Below, in pieces: positions 1-9,869 of a stretch of 64,000 nucleotides of DNA. Both the position numbers and the translations under genes were made by a program. This DNA is from an uncultured delta proteobacterium (GTDB taxonomy: Bacteria; Desulfobacterota; RBG-13-43-22), in assembly GCA_963843145.1 (NCBI GenBank), contig CAWJJC010000020.1, positions 544,001-608,000 on the forward strand, in the 5' to 3' direction. The notes beneath the pieces are model-generated. The model saw only the letters and a list, made by a program, of their open reading frames with translations, ran no database searches and was not told the DNA's origin. The first letter of the stretch is position 1, and every line of letters starts with the position of its first letter.

Positions 1-751
1 TCCGGACCTCCCCTTCTTCCCGCACGTCATATTGATCGCCCTTGGTCACTACCAGGTCGCCTTGATCGTTGGCGCGCACATCGAGGCAGGCGACGATCCG
101 CTTGGCCAGTTGGGTCTGCTCCGGGCAGTAAGCCGGCCAGTCCGCTGCTTGGCCCGGTTTAAGGAAATTCTCCAGCAGCCGCAATCCGGCGGCCCCGCTC
201 TTCTCCGGATGGAACTGAGTGGCCACGATGGGGCCCTGCTGCACGGCGCTGACGAACCGCCGGCCGTAATCGGTCACGGTCAGCACAAGGGCTTCGTCCT
301 CGGGAACCACGTGGTAGGAATGGACGAAGTAAAATTTTTCGTCCCCCCGGATTCCCCGGAGAAAAGGCGACGGCTGGCGCACCTGAACGCCGTTCCAGCC
401 GATATGGGGGACCGATCGATCGATGACGAAGCGCCGGACCGCGCCTTTAAAGATCCCCAGGCCGGGAACGCCGGGGGCCTCCTCACTGAACTCAAACAGG
501 GCCTGGAGACCCAGGCAAATACCTAAGAAGGGCCGGCCCGAGGCCAGATAGGCCCGCAGGGGATCCAGCAATTGTTTTTCCCGGAGAATCCACATGAGGT
601 TCCCGAAATGGCCGACCCCCGGGAAAACGAGCTTTTCGGCCTCCTCGATATCTTCCGGGGTTTCCACCAGCCTGACCTTTTCCCCCAGGCTCTCAATGGC
701 GTTGACCACGCTCCGCACGTTTCCCGCGCCGTAATCTAGAAGGGTAATCAT
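1..751 (-). CDS. hisHF: Fused imidazole glycerol phosphate synthase HisH-HisF (runs off the left edge; not in the ORF track)
   Basis: Manual translation from ATG at 751: MITLLDYGAGNVRSVVNAIE...FLGICLGLQ...VPHIGWN...FYFVHSY...TQFHPEKSG (HisH glutaminase), continuing in frame into LAKRIVACLDVRANDQGDLVVTKGDQYDVRE (HisF cyclase). Confidence 0.93.
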   Translation of the reverse strand, partial: MITLLDYGAGNVRSVVNAIESLGEKVRLVETPEDIEEAEKLVFPGVGHFGNLMWILREKQLLDPLRAYLASGRPFLGICLGLQALFEFSEEAPGVPGLGIFKGAVRRFVIDRSVPHIGWNGVQVRQPSPFLRGIRGDEKFYFVHSYHVVPEDEALVLTVTDYGRRFVSAVQQGPIVATQFHPEKSGAAGLRLLENFLKPGQAADWPAYCPEQTQLAKRIVACLDVRANDQGDLVVTKGDQYDVREEGEVR

Positions 752-770
752 GGTTCCTTAGTCCTCATCA

Positions 771-1132
771 AAAACGAACATTGAACATCGAACGTCCAAC
801 ATCCAACATCGAATGAAAAACAAACCGGCATTGCCGAAAAGGGAACACCTATTCACAGCCTCATATTTGTATTTACCCGGGGTGTTCTTTTTATCTCTCG
901 CCCGCTTCGCTCGAGTTCGCCGAGGGCACAGAGAAAAACGAATTTATTCGCTGAGCGGGAGATTTTTTCTGATTGCCGGCCTCTCAGCGGCAATCAGAAA
1001 TTATATTTCTCTGCGATCTTTGTGTGCTCTGTGAGAAATCGTCTTCTTTCTTTGGTTGTGACTGGGCGGCGTTAAAGAATCCAGTCAATACACATTCGAT
1101 GTTGGACGTTCGATGTTCGATGTTCATCTTTT
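771..1132. repeat. Nested inverted-repeat (REP/MITE-like) intergenic element
   Basis: Heptamer array GAACATT-GAACATC-GAACGTC-CAACATC-CAACATC-GAATG (776-815) is mirrored at 1093-1125. Inside lie CACAGAGAAA/TTTCTCTG arms and a perfect 13-bp hairpin (966-978/988-1000). Confidence 0.8.
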
Positions 1133-1171
1133 TAGTCCCCCTCCCCCAGTCCATCCCATGCCTACGCCCGG

Positions 1172-2416
1172 TCAGGCCAGCAACTCCTGGACCGAAAACC
1201 AGAGGAGGCCCAGGCTAAGCAGGATAAGGATGCCCACCGTCGCCCAGGACACTTTATTATAGAGGGGTGAGTTTTTAAAAGCTCCCATCAGCTTCACCCG
1301 ATTGATCAGGAGAAGAATAAAGATCAAAATAAAGGGCAACAGCAGGCCGTTGATCACCTGGGAGAGCAGCATAATCAGAATCAAAGGGGCCTTAGGGATC
1401 AACACCAACCCCCCGCCTAAAATAATCAGCCCGGTGTAGAGCCACATGAATTGAGGGGCTTCCTTAAAATCCTTGTTGATGCCCGCCTCCCAGCCCATCC
1501 CCTCGCAGATCACGTAGGCCGTGCTCAAGGGCAGGATGGAGGCCGCAAACAGCGAGGCATTGGCCAGACCCAGGGCAAAGAGAAGGCTGGCATACTTCCC
1601 GGCCAGGGGCGCCAAGGCCACGGCCGCGTCCTCGGCCGTCCGGATAGGTATGTTATGGACGTGGAGCGTAGCGGCACAGGCCACCACAATAAAGAAGGCC
1701 ACCACCACCGCCATGATACAGCCGATAATTACGTCCCAACGGACATAACGGTAGTCTTTGGTCCGTATCCCTTTTTCCACAATGGAGGATTGCTGATAAA
1801 ACTGCATCCAGGGGGCGATCGTGGTCCCGATCACCCCTACCAGCATTACCAAGTAGTGTTGATCATAATGGAATTCGGGGAAAAACGTATCATGGACCAC
1901 CTGCCCCCACGGCGGATCAGCCATAAACCCGGAAATAATATAAGAGAAATAGATCGTGCAGGCCGCTAGAAAAACCTTTTCCACGAAACGATAATTGCCT
2001 TTGACCACCAAGAACCAGACCAGAAGTCCCCCTACGGGAATCGCTATATATCGGCTCACTCCCAGAATTTCCAGGCTGGCGGCCAGACCGGCAAATTCCG
2101 CCATGATGTTTCCCAGGTTGGTCAACAGCAAAGCCAGCAGGACCAGAAAGGTGGTCTTGACCCCGAACTCCTCCCGAATCAAGTCCGAAAGACCTTTCCC
2201 GGTGACCACTCCCAGACGGGCCACCATTTCCTGCACCATAATCAACAGGACGGTGATCGGGATCAGGGACCACAGCAACCCGTAACCGTATTGCGCCCCG
2301 GCCAGAGAATAGGTAGTGATCCCCCCGGCATCGTTGTCCACATTGGCCGTAATTATCCCGGGTCCCACGATACTGAGAAAAAAAAGGAGGCGCTTCCGGT
2401 CCATGGTCCAACCCAT
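1172..2416 (-). CDS. Nramp-family divalent cation transporter, Nramp-related Mg2+ transporter (NRMT) type
   Basis: Polytopic 414 aa; TM1 motif GPGIITANVDNDAGG (DAGG rather than MntH DPGN) and TM6 GTTIAPWMQFYQQS. Confidence 0.85.
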   Translation of the reverse strand: MGWTMDRKRLLFFLSIVGPGIITANVDNDAGGITTYSLAGAQYGYGLLWSLIPITVLLIMVQEMVARLGVVTGKGLSDLIREEFGVKTTFLVLLALLLTNLGNIMAEFAGLAASLEILGVSRYIAIPVGGLLVWFLVVKGNYRFVEKVFLAACTIYFSYIISGFMADPPWGQVVHDTFFPEFHYDQHYLVMLVGVIGTTIAPWMQFYQQSSIVEKGIRTKDYRYVRWDVIIGCIMAVVVAFFIVVACAATLHVHNIPIRTAEDAAVALAPLAGKYASLLFALGLANASLFAASILPLSTAYVICEGMGWEAGINKDFKEAPQFMWLYTGLIILGGGLVLIPKAPLILIMLLSQVINGLLLPFILIFILLLINRVKLMGAFKNSPLYNKVSWATVGILILLSLGLLWFSVQELLA

Positions 2417-2426
2417 AATCCGGTCC

Positions 2427-3644
2427 CTATCTTCTCCGCCTTAAGGGGGTGGGCAGGAGGATATCGACGATGTCATCCACGGTGATGATCCCCAGCATCT
2501 GGTCTTCCTCATCCACCACCGGCACGGCCATGAGATTGTATTTGGAGACCATTTCCGCCACTTCCCTTTTATCCACCTCGGAATGGACTTTCTTGGGATT
2601 GGTTCGCATCACCTCTCCCAACAGCATCTCCGGGGCAGCCACGATCAGGTCTTTCAGCGAAAGGACCCCTTCCAGACGATCGTCCTTATCCAGGATGTAG
2701 AGGTAATAGATCATCTCCACATCGGGGGCCAAAAGACGGAGGGACTGCATGGCCTCAGCCACGGTGGCCTCCTTGGGGAAGGAAATGTAATCCGTGGTCA
2801 TCAGGCCCCCGGCGGAATCCTCATCATGTTCCAGAAGTTCCTGAACATCGCAGGCCTCTTTCTCCTCCATTAAATTCAAAATCTCTTTGGCCTGGCTTTC
2901 GGGGAGGTCCCCCAGGACGTCGGCGGCCTCATCCGGTTCCATCACCTCCAGGACATCGGCCGCCTCTTCAGGCTCCATCTGCTTGAAGATATTGGCTCGG
3001 GTTTCCTCATCCAGCTCATACAGGGCTTCCCCGGCCTTCTCTTTCCCCACCGCGTCGATCAGGCTGGAACGTTCCTGCATGGAGACTTCGGAGATGATCT
3101 CCGCCAGATCCACGGGATGCATCTGAGTCAGGTTCTTGCGAGTAATGGTCAGGGTCAGGTGATCCAACCCCGGCTCCAGGGGCCTGAGATACTGCCAGGG
3201 GATGGGGGTCCCTTTTTTTGATTTCTTAAACCCCAACCGCCGGACCAGTCCCCCCAGGCCCACGTCGATCGCCAGGAGGCCGAAATCCCCGTTGACCCGG
3301 CCCAACCGGACATCATTGACTCGGACCACCTTGGCCCCGTTGATATCGACCACCTGCTTATCCATGATATGCTCGGCGATCAGGATTTCGTGGTCCTGGG
3401 GCTCAGCGGAAACCAGAGACTCTTCGGAACCCCGGTAAGCGATCACCTTGCGGTTTAACACGTCCACGTCCATCAGGAGGATATGGAACAGCCCCCGGCG
3501 TCCTTTGACGTACAAGCCCTCCACCAGGGGATAGGCCTCTCCCGGCACCACCCGCAGGTCTTTCACCCGCCCGATCTCGTTTCCCCGCTGATCCAGTACG
3601 GGATGATTCAGCAGTTCACTTAAGAATATATCGTCGGTGATCAT
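2427..3644 (-). CDS. Soluble MgtE-like protein: PRC-barrel-like repeats + MgtE N-domain + CBS pair, no membrane domain
   Basis: N-terminal GRVKDL and VRVNDVRL repeats; acidic MgtE_N (DEAADVLGDL); SAGGLMT...YYLYILD...AVPVVDE...GIITVDDIVD CBS pair; protein ends immediately after the CBS pair. Confidence 0.85.
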   Translation of the reverse strand: MITDDIFLSELLNHPVLDQRGNEIGRVKDLRVVPGEAYPLVEGLYVKGRRGLFHILLMDVDVLNRKVIAYRGSEESLVSAEPQDHEILIAEHIMDKQVVDINGAKVVRVNDVRLGRVNGDFGLLAIDVGLGGLVRRLGFKKSKKGTPIPWQYLRPLEPGLDHLTLTITRKNLTQMHPVDLAEIISEVSMQERSSLIDAVGKEKAGEALYELDEETRANIFKQMEPEEAADVLEVMEPDEAADVLGDLPESQAKEILNLMEEKEACDVQELLEHDEDSAGGLMTTDYISFPKEATVAEAMQSLRLLAPDVEMIYYLYILDKDDRLEGVLSLKDLIVAAPEMLLGEVMRTNPKKVHSEVDKREVAEMVSKYNLMAVPVVDEEDQMLGIITVDDIVDILLPTPLRRRR

Positions 3645-3660
3645 CGGAATTCCCTCGATA

Positions 3661-4131
3661 CTAAAATCGAAGCGTGGCCTTTAGCCGTTTGGGATTCAAG
3701 AGCAGATCCAGGCCGTCCTGGGCGCTGCGAACCAGTATGTTCGCCGCCTGGATCGCCTCCACCGCGCAGCCTTCCCCCTCGACGACGGCTATCCCCACCC
3801 GGGCCGCGGAGAGCATCTTCCGGTCGTTGTTACCATTGCCCAGGGCCACCACCTGCTCCGGTCCCAGGTCTTTCACCTGGGCCTCTTTTTGAAGGTCATG
3901 GTCGGCGCCGGTCAGAATAGCAACGGTACAGTTTACTTTTTCCAGGGCTTCCCTGGCCTTGCCAAAGGTATCCGCCGTAAGGATTTGGACCTGCATAAAT
4001 TCACTTATTCGGTTCAATCGATCCTCAACCCCCGGAAGAAGCACTCCATCCACCGACAGGGTTCCGGTAAAATCGGAGACCAGATACTCCACCTTCACTT
4101 CTCCAAAACCCGGGATATCAACAGTAAACAT
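3661..4131 (-). CDS. HAD-family hydrolase (soluble P-type ATPase-like phosphatase)
   Basis: DFTGTLSVDG motif I, ILTADTFG, GNGNNDRKML motif; 156 aa. Confidence 0.85.
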   Translation of the reverse strand: MFTVDIPGFGEVKVEYLVSDFTGTLSVDGVLLPGVEDRLNRISEFMQVQILTADTFGKAREALEKVNCTVAILTGADHDLQKEAQVKDLGPEQVVALGNGNNDRKMLSAARVGIAVVEGEGCAVEAIQAANILVRSAQDGLDLLLNPKRLKATLRF

Positions 4132-4197
4132 AATCTCTCCTCGAGGCTGAGCTTAATAGAGAAGAATAACCCGATAAGGGGGCAATGACAACCCCCT

Positions 4198-4248
4198 TTT
4201 TCATGTAGAACCTCCAGTCCCGGAGCGGGCACGCACGGAGCATGAAAA
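4198..4248. repeat. ~50-bp dispersed element with TTTTCATG...CATGAAAA termini
   Basis: Perfect 8-bp terminal inverted repeat; its reverse complement resembles a diverged copy at 43109-43158. Confidence 0.55.
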
Positions 4249-4340
4249 TGCTCAAAGGGTGATGCCCAGGGTTAAGACCGACTCGGTCTGAGCGCTTCCG
4301 GGCGCGGAAAGCTATTTTCATAAAATTACCCGGATCCCTT

Positions 4341-5534
4341 TTATTTTTCGGCCTTGGGGAAAAACAAAAACCCGCTAAAGAGGATGGCCGCCAGCCAGGA
4401 GGTGGCCATGCCGAAAAGAAAGGTGGCTGACGGCCCGACCCGATCCCAAAGCAGCCCGCCGATCACACTGGCCGGCAGCACGGCCAGACCCACCAGGGTA
4501 TTATAGAGTCCAAACCCGGTGGCCTTGAAATCCCGGGGAATGATGGTGGCTAAATAGGCCTTTTGAACCCCTTCGGTCAGGGCCATAAAAACCCCATAGA
4601 GGATAAAGAGCAGCCAGATATGGACGGGCCGGTCGGCCAGGGAAAAACCAAGATAGATCAGACCAAAAAGGATGAGCCCCAAAAGGATGATCGGCTTGGG
4701 TCCAATACGGTCGGAAAGGAGCCCCGCCGGCAGGGCTCCCAACCCATAAACGACATTAAAAACCATATAAATCAAAGGAATAGCCGCCACTGATATCCCC
4801 AAACTTTGGGCTCTCAGAATCAGGAAGACATCGCTTGAATTGCCCAGGGAAAAAAGGGTCACTACGACAATAAAAAATTTATAGGGGCCGGAAAAACTGG
4901 ACCAGTCCAGTCTGGGTTTCTCGACCTGATCGAGAGGGCAAACCCTGGTTTCTCGAATGAAAATAATTATAGTCAGGACAGCCAATAGTCCCGGGATCAT
5001 GGACAGCCAGAAAACAAGTCGATATTGTCCGTTATAATAAGCCAGCAGCCCGAAAGCCGCCGCCGGACCGACCACGGCTCCCAGGGTATCCATGCCGCGA
5101 TGGAACCCGAAAGAACGCCCTAAGCGCTGCTCCTGGCAGGACTCGACAATCAAGGCGTCCCGGGGGGCATTACGAATCCCTTTCCCGAAACGGTCCATAA
5201 AACGGGAACTCAAAACCTGTCCCCAATTAGGGGCGGTGGCGATCAGCGGACGGCTCAGGGTGGAGATGCCGTAGCCCAGGGCCATGAGCCATTTTCGGTG
5301 GCCCAGGCGATCCGAGAGCCAGCCTGAAAACACTTTCAGCAGGCTGGCCGTGCTCTCGGCTATTCCCTCAATCAGGCCAATGACCGACTTGGGGACCCCG
5401 AGTACGGAAGAAAGAAACAAAGGCACCAGGGGATAGACCATCTCCGAACTGAAATCCATGAAGAAGCTGACGATCCCGGCAAAAAAAATATTTCTCTGGA
5501 GACCTGCTATTTTTCTCGAATCATCTTGCGTCAT
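4341..5534 (-). CDS. MFS transporter
   Basis: Multi-TM protein with MFS motif A (GWLSDRLGHRK, GLLSDRIGPK); DRFGKGIRNAPRDAL...FGFHRGMDTLGA. Confidence 0.9.
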   Translation of the reverse strand: MTQDDSRKIAGLQRNIFFAGIVSFFMDFSSEMVYPLVPLFLSSVLGVPKSVIGLIEGIAESTASLLKVFSGWLSDRLGHRKWLMALGYGISTLSRPLIATAPNWGQVLSSRFMDRFGKGIRNAPRDALIVESCQEQRLGRSFGFHRGMDTLGAVVGPAAAFGLLAYYNGQYRLVFWLSMIPGLLAVLTIIIFIRETRVCPLDQVEKPRLDWSSFSGPYKFFIVVVTLFSLGNSSDVFLILRAQSLGISVAAIPLIYMVFNVVYGLGALPAGLLSDRIGPKPIILLGLILFGLIYLGFSLADRPVHIWLLFILYGVFMALTEGVQKAYLATIIPRDFKATGFGLYNTLVGLAVLPASVIGGLLWDRVGPSATFLFGMATSWLAAILFSGFLFFPKAEK

Positions 5535-5642
5535 GGCGGCTTCTCTCGCTATAATATTTGTGGTTACATTTTAACTTCTATTAGATACTCCAACAACACT
5601 AAAGAACGTCTGGCGGGGAAAGAAGTCCCCCAAGTATTTTGA

Positions 5643-6968
<1,326 letters not shown>

Positions 6969-7066
6969 AGCAAGGTTACCGGGAAATCTCCAGAATGCCG
7001 GTAAAAAAACGAGATAGACTTTTTGCCCTAATTTTCTAAAATAATTGCTGATCAGGGAGATTACCC

Positions 7067-7513
7067 GTGCCGGAAGAAAAGTGCGTCTTTTGCGATATCG
7101 TGGCCGGGCGGGCCCCGGCCCATATCGTCCATGAGGATGCCCTATCCCTCTGCCTTCTGGACATCCATCCCTACACCAAGGGGCATTGCCTGGTCATCTC
7201 CAAACGGCATGTCCCCTGGTGGCATGAGTTATCCGATGAAGAAAACGCCAGCCTGTTCCAAGTGGCCCGGGTCGTCGCCAACCGGATGATGAAAAAACTG
7301 GAACCGGATTTCGTCTGCCTCTACGCCCGGGGCCGCCGGATTCCCCATACCCATCTCTTTCTGGTCCCGACTTACAGCGGCGATGTGTTGGACCGCTTCT
7401 TCAATGCCCTGGAGCACTTTCAGGAATCTCCCCAAGCCCTGGCCCGGCTCAAGGAACCGGAGGCCATGAAAGAAGCCGCGGAATGGCTTAAAATAAAAGA
7501 GGGCGACAGTTGA
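7067..7513 (+). CDS. HIT-family protein
   Basis: CVFCDIV zinc motif, DIHPYTKGHCLVISKRH, degenerate triad IPHTHLF. Confidence 0.85.
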   Translation: MPEEKCVFCDIVAGRAPAHIVHEDALSLCLLDIHPYTKGHCLVISKRHVPWWHELSDEENASLFQVARVVANRMMKKLEPDFVCLYARGRRIPHTHLFLVPTYSGDVLDRFFNALEHFQESPQALARLKEPEAMKEAAEWLKIKEGDS

Positions 7514-7595
7514 AGCTGTTTTTTCTCTTGACTCCGGATTGGTCTCATTTTAAATTATTCGAGCCTTAAAACTGTCTTAAAATAGATTTTAGTGT

Positions 7596-7646
7596 AGCGA
7601 TGGGGTTCGCTTAACCGTCCTGCGGAATCGGGACTGATAACTCCTG
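7596..7646 (+). ncRNA. Fluoride riboswitch (crcB motif)
   Basis: AGCGA-TGGGGT-TCGCT (P1), TAACC linker, GTCCTG/CGGGAC (P2), TGATAACTCCT 3' end; pseudoknot GGGGTT with AACTCC. Fits the known GAUGGxGUUC...CUGAUxACxCCU consensus. Confidence 0.9.
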
Positions 7647-7680
7647 CCGAGAAAATTATTGGCAGGAGTTTTTTATTTTT
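7639..7680 (+). terminator. Intrinsic terminator forming the riboswitch expression platform
   Basis: AACTCCTGCC/GGCAGGAGTT perfect 10-bp stem followed by a T tract; the 5' arm overlaps the pseudoknot strand. Confidence 0.9.
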
Positions 7681-7728
7681 GGTTAATTGGAATAGCGTCA
7701 CCGACAGAAGTCCGACGAGGGAGTCCTA

Positions 7729-9487
7729 ATGGTTCTCGACCGATACGCCTCGCTTAAAGAAGATATCGTAAAGTGCATCGACTCCATCTTGACCATCGAA
7801 AACCTATCCGCCGGCCTCTGTGAGGAACTCAAAGACAAACTCGAAAACAACGTGTTTAACCTCGTGGTCCTGGGCCAGTTTAAACGGGGGAAGACCAGCC
7901 TGATCAATGCGCTCCTGGGAGCAGAAATATTACCTACCGCTATCGTGCCGCTCACCTCTATTGCCACGATTCTCACATACGGCGAAACAATAAATATCAA
8001 AGTCCATTTCACTGACGGCCGGGTGATTGAAATTAAACCGGCAACCCTATCCCAATATGTAACCGAAAAAGGGAATCCCAAAAATGAGAAAGCGGTGCAG
8101 GAAGTCATCATGGCCTATCCCTCGACCTATTTAAAAGACGGGGTCCGGTTAATTGACACCCCCGGCGTCGGATCGGTTTATGAACATAATACCGATGTGG
8201 CTTATCAGTATTTACCCAAGTCGGATGCCGCCTTGTTTCTTCTCTCCGTGGATCAGCCGGTAAGCCAGGCCGAGCTAAATTTTTTAAAGGACGTCAAAGA
8301 ATATTCCCACCGGATATTCTTTCTCCAGAATAAGGCCGATTATGTCGGCCCCGAAGACCTGGCCGAATCCATTTTATTCTCCAAGCAAATTATTGAGGAA
8401 TCCCTGGGCAGCGAAGTCAAGATTTTCCCCCTTTCCGCCAAATGGGCTCTCCAAGGCAAATTGTCCGGAACAAAGGAACTCCTGGAGAAAAGTTTTCTTC
8501 CGGAATTTGAACTTATCCTGAATACCTTTCTGATGCAGGAAAAGGGACAGGTCCTGCTCCTTTCCGTGACGAACAATCTTCTTCGTTTGCTCGCTCAGGC
8601 CCGGTTCAAGCTTGAGCTGGAGATAAAATCGCTCGCCACGCCCCTGGAGGAACTGCACGAGAAGATAAAGATCTTCGAGAAAAAAAAGGAAGAGATCCTG
8701 GTCGAAAAGGAAGACTTCTGCCTTTTGCTGGATGGCGCGACGAAGAATATTATCAAGAACGTATTGGATGAAGACACGAGGACCTTCAGGCAGGGGCTGA
8801 TCCTTAAGGTATCGGAAAACATTGAAAGCAGCTACCAGGCGTATTCGGGCCTGTCCCTGAAGGAGATTCAGCGGCGTCTTGAAGGGCAGATGGTCGTCGG
8901 AAGTCAAACAGGGCTTTATGACCTGGCGCGTCCTGGAGGACGAGAAACTGTCAAAAACCTTCGAGGCGTCCTGCCGGCGGTTTATTACCAAGATCGACGA
9001 GACCGTGGATGCCCTCCTTAGCTTCTCGGCGGAACTCTTTGCGGTTCCCTTCGGTATCGTCAAGGCCGAGGCCCTTTGGTCATCGAAGTCGAGGTTTTAC
9101 TATAAATTCAAGGAGCAGCCGGGGGGGATTGAGATCGTGGCCTCATCGCTGACTTTGTTGCTGCCGAAATTCATCGGCGAAAAGATCATGCTGAAGAAGA
9201 TGAAGGAATACCTCCAGGGAGTGATCGACAGGCAGTCCGCCAGGATTGGTTCTGACTTTGAAGAAAGGCTGGATAAGAGTAAGCTGGCCTTCCGATGGGA
9301 GATGCTCCAAAGGATTGAGGCCACCATGGAAGGGATATCCAAAGCCATCGAAACCGGAATGAGCCGGAAATGGAAAGGCGAAAAGGCGGTGGAGGAACAA
9401 AAGGCCTTTCTCCTGGAAAAGGAAAAGGGAATGAGTGAAATCAAAGAAAAACTGATGCGGATACGGGAAAACTTGTCCATTAAATAG
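7729..9487 (+). CDS. Bacterial dynamin-like GTPase (one frameshift near 8890-8900; ORFs 7729-9021 and 8879-9487)
   Basis: G1 GQFKRGKT, G2 PLT, G3 DTPG, G4 NKAD, then a long helical stalk; the C-terminal helical part continues in another frame. Confidence 0.85.
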
Positions 9488-9508
9488 ACTAAGGAATTTT
9501 AATAATTG

Positions 9509-9736
9509 TCAATTAATTTTTGCCACCCTAATCAATAAAAAATTAAAAACAAAATTAGTAGCGCTGACCGAAGGACTGGTGAAGTTCAAAAAACTTACCT
9601 GAAAGGGGAGGAGTAGAAAAGCCCCCGAAACACCGCCCATCGAGGTAAAAAAAGATACGATAAAAGCCACCACGGGAGGGATAAAAAAATAGGTCTTTAC
9701 CCCCGAAACCGGGAAAAGCCAATACAAGCTTTCCAT
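9509..9736 (-). pseudogene. Truncated TauE/SafE (TSUP) family membrane protein
   Basis: FTSMGGVSGAFLLLPFQVS...SPSVSATN is the TSUP N-terminal signature; only 75 aa. Confidence 0.7.
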
Positions 9737-9869
9737 ATAATTCCTCCCGTTAATTTATATAGTTGCCATTCGGGATTCATTCGATTTCTATCTTCTTAAA
9801 GGGATTTGAAAGGTATTTCTTCACAAAACGGATTAAGAAGTTTCTGGACTTAACCAATGACCGACCAAA

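Noticed and set aside
32-526. 164-aa plus-strand ORF
   Set aside because: Antisense shadow of hisHF, which the track missed because it runs off the window edge.
776-1125. Heptamer arrays as a CRISPR or coding repeat (ORFs 813-1034, 973-1218)
   Set aside because: 7-bp tandem units with no spacers, arranged as inverted arms; the ORFs merely translate the repeat.
4118-4321. 67-aa ORF or Mg2+ (M-box) riboswitch upstream of the Mg-transport genes
   Set aside because: No M-box consensus seen; the region is largely explained by the 50-bp repeat and a small hairpin.
8879-9021. Programmed frameshift or a genuine two-gene dynamin pair
   Set aside because: No slippery heptamer at the junction; the second ORF has no GTPase domain and simply continues the stalk; similar indels occur throughout the window.
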